Notes under the pieces: model-generated
The model's database searches: none
The model's input: only the letters and a program-made list of their open reading frames with translations
Told to the model about the DNA's origin: nothing
Made by a program: the position numbers and the translations under genes
DNA from: Lama guanicoe
Lineage: Eukaryota
Reading direction: 5' to 3'
Assembly (NCBI GenBank): GCA_013239625.1
Contig: MU054001.1
Coordinates: forward strand, 7,634,746 to 7,698,745
Length of the DNA: 64,000 nt
Shown here: positions 1-13,516 of the stretch, piece after piece
How positions within the stretch are numbered: the stretch's first letter is position 1
Layout: each line of letters opens with the position of its first letter

Positions 1-715
1 GTCTCTGACTATATAGATATAAAGGAAGAGTCTTCTACATCTGGTATAGACACTTTTTCCTAAATGGACATTGTATCCCTGTTTATGCGCAGATTAAAAC
101 CCCTTCCCTCCAGGGTGCAGTGGCATCAGCTCAAAAGATTACCACTCTTCCCTTTAAGTGTCCTCTTTGTATTGTCACCTGGGAACTTCTCTCTCCATAG
201 TTAGCTCTGTGTTACTTTGTTGTTGTATTTTATCTGGCATTACTGAAAGTTTTACTTAAAAGGGATCCTAATTACTTCTGTTTACCTGTCTCCAGAGCTG
301 AAAGCTTCAGTTCTAGAGTATCTGTTTGATTTTTCTTAAAAATGCATTCCAGTATATTTCTCTGGTGAAAGTCTTTACCCTGTTATCTATTCTCCCATCA
401 TTCCCTTATTTTCTTGAATATATTGAAAGTATTTTATAGCCTTTATTGGAAACTCTGATGCCTACATCACCTGGGGGTTTGCATCCTTTGTCTAATGCTT
501 CTTATTCTCATATTATCTGTCATATTGTCTGGATATGTTGCATGTCTAGAAATTCTTTATTACATGGCAGACATTGCAAATGAAAAATCCATCTGTTATC
601 TTCCGTGAGATGTTTTCTACCTTCCCGTTAGGCAGAAAGTGTGAGGGACTGATCATGTCACTCCAATCAGGCGCTGAGGTGGATGAGGTCTGAAGTGCCT
701 TTTTCTTAAAACAGC

Positions 716-2265
716 TTGAGGTATACTTGGCAAAATAATTTTCACACGTTTAAAGTGTACTGCTTAATACGTTTTGACGTAAGTATATCTCCAAGAAACC
801 ATGACCACACTCAAGACAGTGAACATACCCATCACCCACAAAGCTTCTCTCCTGCCTTTTGTTGTCCCTCCCTCCCTCCCCATCTCTTCCCCTGGAAACC
901 ATTGATCTGCTTTCTATCACAACATATTGGTTTGCATTTTCAAGATCCTTGTATGAATGGATTCATGCAGTATCTACTCTATGTTGTCTGACTTCTTTCA
1001 CTCAGTATAATTATTTTGAGAGTCATCTGTGTTGCTGTATTAATAGCTTATTTGTCTTATAGCAGAGTGTTGTTTAGTGCTGAGTTTTTACTGAATAGTT
1101 TATTGTGAGCAGTGTTTGGATAGACCATCATTTCTTTCTGCATTTACTTCTTGATGGATACATGGGTTATTTACAACTTGAGCTATTATAAATAAAATTG
1201 CAGTGAATATTTGGTTACAAGTCTTTGTATGGACATATGCTTTTCTTTTCTAAAACACCAGATGAGGAATATCTGAGTTTTACAGTAGATAGGTGTTTAC
1301 CTTTTTTAAAGAAACTGTTAAAGACTTTTCCAAAATGGTTGTACTATTATAAATTCCTCGTGGTGTGTATCAGTTCTGGTTGCTCTACTTCCTTGCCAGC
1401 ACTTTGTAAGGTCGGTCTTTCTAATCGTATTCATTCTAGTATATATGTGAACTACTATCTCACTGTGGTTTTTAAAAGCATTTCTCTAATGACTAATGGC
1501 ATCTTTAATCAGCATCTTTTCATATGCTTATTATCCATCTGGATATCTTTACTGAAGTGTGTTTTCTGGCCTCATTCATTCAGGCAGGTGTTTGCATTAT
1601 TATTGAATTTTGAGAACTCTTTATTCTGGATCAGATACAAAGATAGACCTTTATCAGATATATGATCTACAAATAGCTTCTGTCTATGGCTTGTCTTTTC
1701 ATTTGCTTAGCATTGTTTAGAAGAGCTTGGAAGAGTCTTCATTGTGATAAAGTTCACTCTATCAGTTTCTTTTTAAAATAGATGATACTTTTGGTGTCAT
1801 AGCAAAGAAATATTTGCCAAACCCAAGGCCATAAAGCTTTAGCCTATGCTTTTTCTCCGAGCTGTTTTATAGTTTTAGATTTCCTATTAAGATCTATGAC
1901 CCATTTTGAGTTAAATTTTTATATTTTGTGAGGTGTGGATCAAAGTTCATTTTTTTTTTTGCATATCACTATCCAATTGTTCCAGCACTACTTGTTGAAA
2001 AGATCCTTTCTCCACTGCATTCTTTTTGAGAATCAATTGTCTATATAAGTGTTGGTTTAGTTCTGAACATTCTGTTGTGTTCCATTATTGTATTTTCCTG
2101 TTTTACACCAACACCATACTTTCTGATTACTGTAGCTTTATAAAAAGAGTCTGAAAATCAGATAGTGCAAGTCTTCCAACATTGTTTTTCTTGTTCAAAG
2201 TTGTTTTGGATTTTTGGGATCCTTTGAATTTTTATATGAATTTTAGAATCAGTTTTTAAATTCCT
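716..2265 (-). mobile_element. Old L1 (L1M-type) 3' UTR/ORF2 fragment
   Basis: Antisense L1 motifs such as ccaattgttccagcactacttgttgaaaaga, ccatactttctgattactgtagctttata and gagcatctttt-like segments; heavily degenerate. Confidence 0.8.
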
Positions 2266-4254
2266 TACATCCTGTTCTGCCAAATTTCCACCCATGTGTT
2301 TGAACATCTCCAAAGTCACATTTTCTGAAGAAGTCTCTCTAGATCCCAGGTGAAAGGAATTTCTCTTTCGTCTGTGCTCCAATCACATTTGATAAGATTT
2401 GATTACATTTATTCATATTTGGCTGTATGTACTTATCTGATCTTTCCAGCCATACAGTAAATCTCAAAAGATTAGGAATCTTGACTTGGTTCCCTCTGTC
2501 TGAGAAATTAGTTCTATGCTTTGCAGGAGTGAGCCCTGCAGTAAGAGGTATCTGCAGTACCTATCTAGCTCATCGCTAGCATATTGTCAAGGAATCCTGC
2601 AGATTTAGAATTGTTTATTGATTGTTGTCTCCAAGACGGCTCAGTCTTTTTTATTTCTATTGCTACTGCTGCAGTTTCAAAGAACAATGGGCTAATTATT
2701 TTCCAAATATCAAATCATACTCTAATTGTGTTGTCACGCAAATTATGTGCTGCTGCTTCTTAACAACCTGCTTAGTGTTCACAGGCTCCTTCACTCATGG
2801 AAGTTTTGGGAGAATGTCATATCCTTAGAAATAGCACTGCTGACTTTGGCGACCTGAGCAGCAGTATCTGAACTCACTCCTGCTGTTTTTCCAGTGTCCC
2901 CTCTAGCCCTCCTCCAGCCCTCCATGGGGGGACCAGCCGTTATGCCCTAGAAAAGCCTATTGCTTCTCAGGAAGACTTCCCTATGAAACATAATCATGTC
3001 CTTCTTGTTGGGACATTCAGTCCAGAGACCTGACAGCAGGGGAAAATGTTCAGCCTGCTTTTGATTGAACCTAAATTCTTCTATATTTGTTGGAAGCAAA
3101 TTCAATGAGGAAACTGTGTTGGCATCTAACAAATCAGCATACATGTCTGATGAGGAAGATCAGCTTCCCCATCCCACTCAGGTGTCATATTGATGTGACA
3201 CTCACCTTGGCTAACATTTTCACCTGTGAGCAACGTAAAGTTCAAGACGTTATGAATGGCTTTTTGTTTTTCTTCCTTAGTCTTTCCACATTCACTGTGT
3301 CTCATGAGATTATATGAATCCTGCTTATTTTCAGCCCATCACTTAGCTTTTTAAACGGATCATGTGTTTAAAAGGCTAGTGGACAATTTTTTAGAAGAGA
3401 GAAATCCTTAGATTTTGGTCCTAGAGTTGAATCTTGGTTAGTGGTGAATAAAAATTCCCGTTAAAATTTTAAATTCAGTGATATAAAGTTTTAAAAATAG
3501 TTAAATATTAGTCAATTTCATTAAACACTATAGCAGTTATTTACTTTTAAGCCTGTTTCTGGGGCAATTTTGCAATGATTCCCTCCCTTTATTGATTCCC
3601 TCTTTATGAGCATCCTTGAGAGGCCCCTGTCATCATTGTCAGTAACATCATCATCATCATCATGGAACTGATTCCTCTGGAAGATTTTAGGAAAATAAAG
3701 AGATGGACAGGGTTATGTGTAGGTCAGTGTGTACATATACAATAAGAACAGCTGTCAGACATTAGATGCAAGATACCCATTTCATTTAGAGAAGAATGTT
3801 GTCATGAAATCCTGATGTGGTGAATGAAGGAAGCAGTGGGAACAGGATAGTCAATGGAAAGAAGGAGGAATTGAGGAAAGCGGAGAGCATAGATTCTTGG
3901 TTAGGTGATCAGCACATTGGTGAGAATGAGGAGAGTGTGATGGCAGAATCATGTCCCTCCCCGGCCACAGGGTAGCTAGCTGTGACATGTTACTCTACAT
4001 GGCAAAAGGGATGACAGATATATTAGGACAAAACTCTTAGAGGATTTCTGTCTCTTAAATTGTTTATTAGTTAGCCTTTTAAATCCATAATACATTATTA
4101 AAGATTAGTGCAGGGGCACAAATAAAAAGGATTCATATAATCTCACCAGACATACTGAATGTAGAAAGGATAAGGAAGAAAAGCAAAAAGTCACTTATAA
4201 GTGCCTTGAACCATAAATTGCTCCTGAGAGGAAATGTTACACAAGGTGAGTGTC

Positions 4255-4710
4255 ACAGCCACATACATAGTGCCTGAGTGGGATGGGACAAGGGGATACT
4301 GAGATGAGACAATAGGGTGAGTAGCCTGGATGGTCCAGGTGGGCCGAAAGTCATCACAGGGGTCCTTAAAATGGAGGACATAGCCCAGCTGAGTTTAAAA
4401 TCAGAGGGAGGTGTAGCCATGGAGCAATGTTCAGAAAGGCTGCTGACCATGAAAATGGAGGAAGTTGAGGGGCACAAGCTAAGGAAGGTGGGTGACCACT
4501 GTAAACTGGAACAACAAAAAAAAAAAACAAGGAAACATTCTCTTCCAGATCATCTAGAAGGACGGAACTCTGCTGCTACCTTGTATTTAGCCCAATGAGG
4601 ACTGTGTTGGGTCACTGACCTCCACAGCCATAAGCTGATAATTCTGTGTTGGTTTAAGCTATAAAGCTTATGGAAATTTGTTACAGTGGTAATAGGAAAA
4701 TAACATAGTG
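4255..4710 (+). mobile_element. MaLR (MLT1-like) LTR
   Basis: Contains ggtgggccgaaagtcatcacaggggtccttaaa and the typical 3' end tttaagctataaagcttatggaaatttgttacagtggtaataggaaaataaca. Confidence 0.7.
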
Positions 4711-5024
4711 AGTGGTAGTGTAAGGGATTAAAAGTCTAGGATGGGGTGTGGAGAGAATTCTGACATTTACACCTAAAAAACAACCAGGTGAAGTTGGAAG
4801 GTGTTTTAAGGAAGACCTCCCTGGCAGGGCTGTCAAGCAGACTGGAGCGAGCAGAGCATTGGAGTTAGAAGAATCAATTAAATCTCTACCAGAAAAATAA
4901 GGAATAAAATGTAACAGGGCTTCAGTGTTAGTGGATGTAGGAATGGAAATGGGCAGAGAGATATAAACATTATTTTGAAATTAGCTACAGGTTTGATGAC
5001 TGCATGTTGGGGAGAGCTGGCCGA

Positions 5025-5376
5025 TGGGTTGACTGAATGTTTGCATCCCCTCAAAATCCATATGTCGAAACCCCATCTCCCAGGGTGATGGCATTGGGAG
5101 GCGGGGCCTTTGGGAGGTGATTAGTAAGATAAAATGAAGTCAAGAGAGTCTATCCCTCATGAATGGTATTAGTGTTCTTATACAGGGCCCTAGAGTGCTT
5201 GCTTCTCTCTGCTCTCTGGCCCATGAAGATAGTGGGAAGACAGCCATCTTCGAGCTGGCAATCCTCTCCCAGATACATTGACCTTGAAAGCCTCAGCCTC
5301 CAAACCGTAAGGTTTATGCTGGTTGCTTAAGATACCCGACCCAGGTAATTTGTTACAGCATCCCAGACTGACGAAG
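5025..5376 (+). mobile_element. MaLR (MLT1/MST-like) LTR
   Basis: gactgaatgtttgcatcccctcaaaatccatatgtcgaaaccc ... ggggcctttgggaggtgatta ... gtaatttgttacagcatcccagactgacgaagaca. Confidence 0.75.
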
Positions 5377-6382
5377 ACAGTGGAGAATGCCTCTGAGTTT
5401 GGCACTGATTGCCTGGAGAATGCTGAAACCCAGGGAAGTGGGCAGCACAGACATTTACTCACTAAATCCTGCCAACACAGTAGGAGATAGAGTCTGCATA
5501 TTCCTCGCTACTTAAAAGGTAAGGAAAAAGAGGCACAAATAATAACAATGACAACAACAACAACAACAATAATTTGTCCAAGATTCACACAGAATCCCCT
5601 GGAGGGAGAGTGAGAATTTATACTCACGCAGGCTGGCCCCAGAGCCCCTGCTCATAACTACTAAGTCAGATCACCTTGCTTATGTGGATCAGTTTTCTTC
5701 AACTGTGATATGAGGATGCTGTGTCCAGTAACTTATAATTTCAAAATATCTCACTGTAAGGGAATCATTAGTCACAGGCATTACAAACCACAGAAAGCTA
5801 AACATACAAAAATAAGTTGTTAGGGAAGGATAACCAATAATGTATTCAAATATTATACCTGCTAACCCTTTGCAATAAAATGTTTGTTTATAATTCTCTC
5901 TGGCTACAGAATAACATCATAATCCTGCATGTGGCTGGTGGCTCCCATGTTGGACAGCACGGGCCTAGAGAATTTAAATGACTTGCCCAACCTCACCCAG
6001 GAAGCTCGTGGTGGGATCAGAGCTATAGTGTGGGACTTTTCTTTCCTATTCAACAAGTCCCTCATGGAAGATTAGAAGCTTCTCCTCTGGTGCCCAGCTG
6101 TCTATCCGTACTTATGACAACATGTCAGGTGTCCCAGCCTGCTCTTGAACATCAGCCAGACCCCACTTCTGCTCTTTTTTGGCCAGGTAATACCTTCTAG
6201 CAACTTCCATTGCCTTCTTGGCATCAGTCCTTACCTGGAAGGGTAGTGGCTAGAGATGGAAATGTGTCCACATGACAGGTTTTTCATAAACATAGCAGGA
6301 GTGGTCAAAGAAGAAAACGTCAGGAATACGAGTGGAAGCAGGTCATTTAATATACCAAAAGCGTACTTTCAATATATGTTTG

Positions 6383-6900
6383 GGTTTCGGAGTCCAGTCT
6401 TGTTCTGCTCGTGCACTACAGGCCAACACATCAGGAGAGCAGGTTTTGGGGCAAGAAATAGCGACTTTAATTTGGAAAGCCAGCTGAGAATATGGTAGAC
6501 CAATGTCCTGGAGAACCATCACCCCAAGTCAGAATTCAGGCTCTTATATTAAAAAGGGGAAGCGGGAATGCTTGGTTGTTGCAAACTTGGTGTATGAATT
6601 CTTTGTTGTTAGAATCCTTTGTTTTTGCAGCTCTTCATCTGGGTCAGATCCGTGTAAACCTCCAACAAACAAATGTTATTTTCTATTCTGTATCTTGTTA
6701 TCTTTATACGAATGGAAACGTGTTAATATCCTTCAAAGTCAGAGCCTTGAGAATAAGGTCTCCTGTATATTTCAGGCTTTAGGCAACATTGTTTCACAAA
6801 AGGAGCAGAAACAACAAGACTAAGCCTAGGAAACAGGGCACAGGGTTAAAGTCAAAGGAACAGATCTAATATGGAGTCAGATTTGTTCTTTCCTATTTCA
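6383..6900 (-). mobile_element. Solo ERV LTR (family A)
   Basis: Similar along its whole length to 43761-44299 (same strand) and to 7568-8051 (opposite strand); ends ...ttcctatttCA. Confidence 0.8.
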
Positions 6901-7567
6901 GTAGTGCCATGGGGAAGGCACTTTTTGCAGCTTTCTGTAGGGTCCTGGAGGCTTTCTCTCTCAGCCTCTGTGCGCCTCTATTGAAAACCCATCATCACTA
7001 TCTGGCCTGCTGGAAAAGCACTCCGCCTGTTTTGCCCTGAAGAAGTGTTCTGTTTATAACTCATCTCTACTCCTTGGAAAAAAACTCAATAAAAACTCAG
7101 TTGGTTTTCCACCAGCGCTGGGCAGGGGTGAGGGATAGCATTTTATTATTTTATAAAAAAAAATAAAAGAAGTCTTAAAACAGTACTGAGCACATAGAAG
7201 AGAGACAATCAATGCTTCCTGGCTTAAATCAAAAGTGATGACTCAGTGATTCCATGGCTGCTGTATTTGCTGAGCTAGTTACTCCAGTGCTCCGTTACAA
7301 CTTTTTTTAACCAAAAAAAAAAATACATATATATATATATATATATGCATATGGTTAAAAAAATTCAAACAAAGCACAAAAATACACAAGTGAAAGAAGT
7401 TTTCCCTCATCCTCTGTTCTTACATGCCTCCCTGGAGATGACACTGTTTACAATCCTTTGCTTTTCCAGATATGCTATGCACATTCCCACCAATGTATGT
7501 AAATTCCTTTAAAGTTTTACTTATTTTTAACTTAAAGGGATTTAGATTCTCAAGTGGCTTCTGCCCT

Positions 7568-8051
7568 GGTCATAGAAAAGAACAAATCTGACTCCATATT
7601 AGATCTGTTCCTTTGACTTTAACCCTGTGCTCTGTCTCCAAGGCTTCATCTTGCTTGTAAAACAATGTTGCCTAGAGCCTAAAATATACAGGAGAGCCTA
7701 TTCTGAAGGCTCTGACCTTTAAGGGTATTTAACACTTTTCCAATCATATAAAGATAACAAGTTGCAGAATAGAAAATAACGTTTGTTTTGTTGGAGGTTT
7801 ACAGGGATCTGACCCAGGCAGATAGCTGCAAGAACAAAGGATTCTAACAACAAGGAATTCCTACACCAAGAAATTTGCAAAAGCCAAGCACATAGGAAAG
7901 GAGCCTGAATTGTGACTTGGGGAGATGGTTTTCCAGGACATTAGTTTGCCATCTAGGTCTACAGAAACTTGCTATTCCATGCCCCAACACCTTGTCTCCC
8001 AAATTACTGGCCTGTCCTGCACTGAGGAGAATGAATTTGGACTCAGTAACA
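7568..8051 (+). mobile_element. Solo ERV LTR (family A), inverted relative to 6383-6900
   Basis: aagaacaaatctgactccatattagatctgttcctttgactttaaccctgtgc is the reverse complement of about 6838-6890; ends ...ggactcagtaaCA. Confidence 0.8.
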
Positions 8052-8719
8052 CTTCTGCCTACCTGGCAAACTGGGCACTGGAACTGAGGGCAGCTCTCCC
8101 ACACACAGGGGCCTACTGTGAGCCCTTGATTATTCCCTGAATGTGGGGTGTGGATTACCCAGGAGGGATGGGGACTATGCATCAACACTCAGGCAGTCTG
8201 CTCCTTCTGGGGCTCTGAACTTTTACCTCCGGCTCCCCGCCAGCCCAACACTTGGGACAGTGGAGCTAAGGCAGAGATATTGCCTGCCTGTTTCCCAGCA
8301 TGTAAAAGGGGAGTATGTACTCTTCCCAAGGTAGTTCTGAGCGACAACACCTGCGGGTGCTTGGTTCCCGGAGCAACAGGAAACCCAGCCCCGCTTGGGG
8401 GCAACGGGTGTGATACCTGTAGGGGTTCTGCAGAGACCTTAGCTGGAGGGCTGGGCCAGGGACATAAAATATGAGCTGTGGGCATTGAAGGGTAAGAGAA
8501 GGGTGCAGAGGCAGGTCTGCCCCCTCCTTCTGGTGCCCCCAGAGGTAAAACGCTTTCTCCCCGTCTCTGCTCCTCCCCTTCCAACTCCAGATCCTTGCCT
8601 TCTCTCTGCTCCTCCTGTCCATCTGTGTTCCTTCACTTTACCCCCCCTCCCCTCCTCCTCCCATATTCTCCCTCCCTCGGTTCCCCACCTTCTCTCAAAA
8701 GACCCAGAGCGGATCGCTG

Positions 8720-8736
8720 GCCATCTTGCGCATGCG
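8720..8736. promoter_or_regulatory. Adjacent YY1-like (GCCATCTT) and NRF1-like (TGCGCATGCG) motifs
   Basis: gccatcttgcgcatgcg at the 5' edge of the CpG island. Both motifs are typical of CpG-island housekeeping promoters. Confidence 0.6.
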
Positions 8737-8739
8737 AAG

Positions 8740-8820
8740 TCGCTGCCAGCTGGACCGCGGTTGGAAGCTCCATCTCCGAGCCCGGGATCGGCCCCAAAGG
8801 CTTATCAGCTCTGTCGCCCG
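8740..8820 (+). other. Candidate non-coding first exon
   Basis: Strong donor CCG|gtaagc at 8820/8821, just downstream of the YY1/NRF1 motifs. The start position is approximate. Confidence 0.4.
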
Positions 8821-10494
8821 GTAAGCCTTTGGCTCCTGTCCTGGGCCGGGGCCTCTGGCTGTGGAAGTGCAAGGTGGGGGGATCTCGGGAAAAGGCTCAG
8901 GCGGCTGCGGGAGGGCGGTCCGCCTGTCACAGCCCGCTAGGGCGCCAGTCAGCATGTGTTCAGCTGAAATGCTCGGGCCAGACCCCTCTGCCCGCGCCAC
9001 CTGCCCCGGCGCCCCGGCCACACCTGTCCAGGGCCAGGTGTGCCCCTGCCGCCTCTCGCCCCAGCCGGGCTCCCCTCAGTCCCCGGCTGGCGTCCGTTTC
9101 CCCACTTCGGCCCGCGAGTCCTCTCCTCTCGGGCTTCCTCTCCGTGGCTGTCGACCCGTCCCCGCCCCTGGGCGGACTGTGTCCCGAGTGGGCGGGGTCT
9201 GCGGACCCGGACGGGGCGGGCGGCTGTTGCTGGGGCTGGCCTCCTAGCTGGGCTGCAGCCCGCGTCCCCCACCCCGCTGCTTCCTCTCCCTTTCCCGATC
9301 CCTGAGGTCCAGATCAGCGGCGTGGGCGCTGCTCTCCCGTCTCAGAGCCTCCAGCTGTAAATCCCAGGTTCTCCTGGTGGAGTCGGGAAACGGGAGCGCC
9401 AGTGCTGAGGGAGCTTCTGTCTCCTCTCTCAGTGTTTTCGCCCCACGTAAGTACCTTGAACACTTTCAGGTGTTATGATGGCGGTGCTTGTTGATGTCAC
9501 GTGTTTTTATAGTTAGAGGGATTACATTGGTGAAAGAAAGGCTTGGTTCAGTTAAAAATGAGCTGAAGGCATGAGGCTGTGACATCCTCCATCCTTCACT
9601 CTCCCAGGGTGAAACGTGAGACCGTCGATCTTAAAAAGATAGTTACAATCCCTAATTAGTCCAGCTCAGCTAGTGTGTGTTAAGAGGAACAGCACCACCA
9701 GAGGCGTTGGAGACCCAGGGATATTGCAGTCCTAAAGAACTCCTGGCAAAATCTGGTTTGTTTTTTTTGTTTGTTTGTTTTTTGTTTTTCATAAATTGTG
9801 GGACAGACTAGTAGTATAGAGGGAAAAATAATTGACAAGAAATATTTTTTTTCATATAATAGCTTAATTGCGATATTTTTCACACACAATGAAGTCCACC
9901 CACTTAAATGTTACAATTCAGCAGCTTTTAGCATATTCACATTTGTGCAACCATTATTATTCCAGAACGTTTTCATCACTTCAGAAAGAGCAGTGGAAAT
10001 GAATGACCTATCCACCCCTTCCCAGTGGTGGTTCTAAAGAAGTTTCTTGGCTGTTCCTGACCATAAATTAACTTGTTACATTCCATGAAATATCTGGGAG
10101 GAATTCTAATCAGAGTTGCATTGAATCTGTGTATCAAAGCAGGAAGAATTAATGTCTTTATGGCATAAACTTCTGCACATGATTATATCTGGGACCCTAT
10201 CTTTTCATCTGTCCAGAGACTGGACTATGGGAAATCCTCATTAATTGTTGGGTTTGTGAATGATGAGATTCAGTACATTGTTAGATGCAACTGTAGCCTT
10301 TCACAGAAGATAAAAGTAAACTCGTAGAAGCCAAGTGACCCTCTGATGTTCAGAATGAGTGACAGCAAGTGCTGGAGTGATCGAGTGGACCTGGTGCTTG
10401 CAACCAGAGTTCTCCACCACCTACAGCTAAGGGGATTACCGTGTTCTTTTACTTTTTCTTTTATGGCGTTGTTTTTATTTTTACTTATTATTTA

Positions 10495-10760
10495 AAATTA
10501 TTTTTTATTAAAGTGTAGTCAGTTTACCGTGTTAGCTTCAGATGTACAGCAGAGATTCAGTTATAAACATATGCATATATATATATATATATATATTTCA
10601 GATTGTTTTTAGTACAACTCATTACAAGAAATTGAATATAGTTCCCTGTGATATATGGTAGGTCCTTGTCATTTATTTTATATTTATTAATGTGTATCTG
10701 TTAATCCTCCCTTTCCTGCCTGCTAACCACAGTTTGCTTTCTGTGTCCATGAGTCTATTT
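10495..10760 (-). mobile_element. L1 3'-end fragment with an internal (TA)n
   Basis: tagtcagtttac..., gaatatagttccctgtg and gtttgctttctgtgtccatgagtctatttc; resembles the L1 3' end at 60.5 kb. Confidence 0.65.
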
Positions 10761-12974
10761 CTAGCAGCACCGTTTTTGCTAGTAATATGTGCTGGTTGGC
10801 TGCTTTCAGTTTCAGTAATTCCATCTTATGTGTGGGCGTTTTTCTTCTGGTGGGCCTGTGTGTGGTTTGCACACGTGGTAATAGAGATCTTTATTTGAGA
10901 GAACTCCAGGCCTCGTGTAGTACCTGGTATGGAGCGCCCACCGAACTGATGCTTGAATTGGGAAAAAAACGTAGTAAATGTTGGAATTTCCACTATGGTT
11001 GAGACTTCCAGGTTTCTATAACCTGTTTAGTGCACCTTAATGTTGGCTGCACCCATACTAGATAATTTGCTGGAACTTCATGCTATGGTGGTGTAGAGAC
11101 AGGGCCTTGTATGTTTCTTCTCTTTTCTTTTTCTAACACTCATTCTCCTGGGCCTTCCAGATACTCCCCCAGAAGGGCCTAGGGCTGGCTTGGTGTTGCA
11201 CTGAGGCAATATTTGTTAATAAGAAACTTTCCTCATCTCTTCTGAGCCTCCGGTTCTTTCTCTGCACAATGAGGGCTTAGACTAGATAAGTGCTTCTCAG
11301 TTTCTTTTAAAGCCATGTTTCCTTTGAGAAACAGAAAATGCAAATCTCTGCTCCCATCCCAACCCTTTAGATTTTGATAAGTCCTCCAAGGAGTGACATA
11401 GCTCTTTGTGTAAAATTGATGTGATTGTGATTCCAGGTGGCACAGAAAAGACTCTTCAGATATTTATTGCAGGGAGAGGGCAGGATAGGGGCAGTATATC
11501 ACACTTTCTAGTGTGAGCACTGGAGCAGGGGCTTGGATTTAAATACGGTGTCTGACGTGGCCTCTCTCTAATCTTGTACAATGTGATAAACTTCTCTACC
11601 TCAGTTTCTTGATGTGTCAAGTTGGGGTGATAATATTTTAGGGCTTTTGTGAAACATTATACACATAATCCATTTGTGTCTCGGTAGACACAAGACCTGC
11701 TAGAGATTGGTTTAAAAAAAAATCTTGTCCATTGCACTCTGTGTGTATTTTGAAGTTCCTGGAGGGTGAGGGTTGAGTCTAAAGTCCATCGTGGGACAGG
11801 TGGCCCATGGGTCTGTGTGCCTCAAAATGCCCCCTCCTCCCCAGTCCTCTTCCTTTCAGTGCAGGAAGAAGTTCCCTAGGAGATTTACACAGAGGTCTTG
11901 TGGAAATGGCTTTTCATTTTATTGTTTCGCCAAGGAGGGCTGCCATCATGATCTCTGTCGTCAGATTTTGATGACCTGAAGGTTATGCAATTGGCGATTT
12001 CTATTTAATAAAAAGAAAAAAATTACAAATAAAAAATTAGACCTAGTGTGGTGGCAGGGGCTATTGAAAGTGGGGACCATTAGCTTTGTTAGCTTCAGGT
12101 GCAGTGGCCTCTGGCCACGAGGACCCTTCCTTGTGCTCTGAAGTTGGAGGGACCAGTGGGTTCAGTGGGAATGTTTACTGAGTGTATCTCATGCACTGCG
12201 CATTGTCTTATTTGTACTGTGTGTTCCTTATTTGAGTCAGTGAGCTCATTTAATCTCAATAGCCTCTTTAAAAATTTAGACTTTTTATTTTGAGATGTAA
12301 TGTAGATTCCCATGTAGTTGTCAGAGATAATATGGAGAGGGCCTATGGACCCTTTGCCCAATTTTCTTTATTGTTTCCATCTTGCAAATTTGGGGTACTA
12401 TTCATTCGTGCTTCACTAACCCTTTGAGGTTTGTGTTATTCCCCTCATTTCTATTTATGAATAAACTGGAGCTTAGAGAAGCACACAGGCCTGCCCAGGT
12501 CACCCACATGGTTAGTGTAGAGTCGGGTGAAACGTGCGCCTGGGATTTCCAGGCAGTACCAATATGATGGTCTGTGGCAGGGAGCAGCATTCACTTTGCT
12601 TGTTTATTCATTCATTCAACAAACATTTATTGAGTAAACTCTGTGCGTCAGATGCTTTCATAGGGTTATCTGATTCTTCAGCAGTCTGGAGAATCAGGTA
12701 ATGTTTTCTATTCTTTTTTAACATGAAAAAATTTTCTCTGAGAAGTTATAAACTCTCCAAAGGAAATATAGCTCAAAAAGGAGGGTTAGTAAATTTGTAC
12801 AGTTCCGTCTTTTTATGCAGGTGGTACCATAGGCATTTTACATTTGCAAATTTGCATAATCCAGATATATTCTTGTAAGAGAAAGGATTTTTTGTTAATT
12901 GAATTATAGTCAAGTTTATAATGTTGTGTCAATTGCAAGATGTTTTATTTTTATGAATTTTGAATTACAAAATA

Positions 12975-13100
12975 TTTTTTAAGGAGGGTAATTAGGTTTA
13001 ATTTTTGTTTCATTTTTTAAAAATGCGGTACTGAGGGTTGAGCCAAGGTCCTCGTACATGCTAAGCAAGTGCTCTACCACTGAACTGTACCCTCCTCCTC
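12975..13100 (-). mobile_element. tRNA-derived SINE (camelid Vic-1-like)
   Basis: ggtactgagggttgagccaaggtcctcgtacatgctaagcaagtgctctaccactgaact is an antisense tRNA-like head with A/B boxes; the same family recurs elsewhere in the window. Confidence 0.65.
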
Positions 13101-13516
13101 AAAGCAAGTTTCCTTATCCATTATTCTGCACCTTATGGTTTCAAATAAATTGGAGTTGAAATCCAGATCTTTTGATCCCACTATGGTTCTTTGAATTATA
13201 TCCTGCTGAGGGATGGGGAAGCAGTTCCTTTATTCAGCAGTTTTGAGCAATGATTTTGCATCAGGGCCTGGCTAGATGTTTCAAATCATAAAACAAGAAA
13301 TGACCTTTTTTTGCAGGGGATGGAAGCCTAGACCAAAAGATGGGTTATGTGTTCTGAGCTACGGTAGCCATGTGCAGAGGCTGAGGACAAACTGTAACCC
13401 CGATTTGCTTGGGCTTCCCCTGACTTCTGGTTGGTACACATCAGGTCACTGCAACCCAGTGAGGCCCGCAGCCCACAGCACAGAATGTACCTCGGTCTAC
13501 TCTCCCCTCTCGGCAG

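Larger units (their letters stand above)
8700..9400. promoter_or_regulatory. CpG island / candidate promoter
   Basis: Sharp GC- and CpG-rich block in otherwise CpG-depleted DNA, with GC boxes near 9190-9220. It lies about 4.7 kb upstream of the TRAPPC9-like first coding exon. Confidence 0.85.

Noticed and set aside
1225..1665. 146-aa plus-strand ORF
   Set aside because: Antisense reading of an L1 fragment.
8485..9360. Long overlapping ORFs (up to 236 aa) over the CpG island
   Set aside because: Pro/Ala/Arg-rich translations on both strands are expected from stop-poor GC-rich DNA, and there is no recognisable protein.
12975..13100. tRNA gene call for the tRNA-like segments
   Set aside because: Degenerate, multi-copy and tailed, so these are SINEs rather than tRNA genes.
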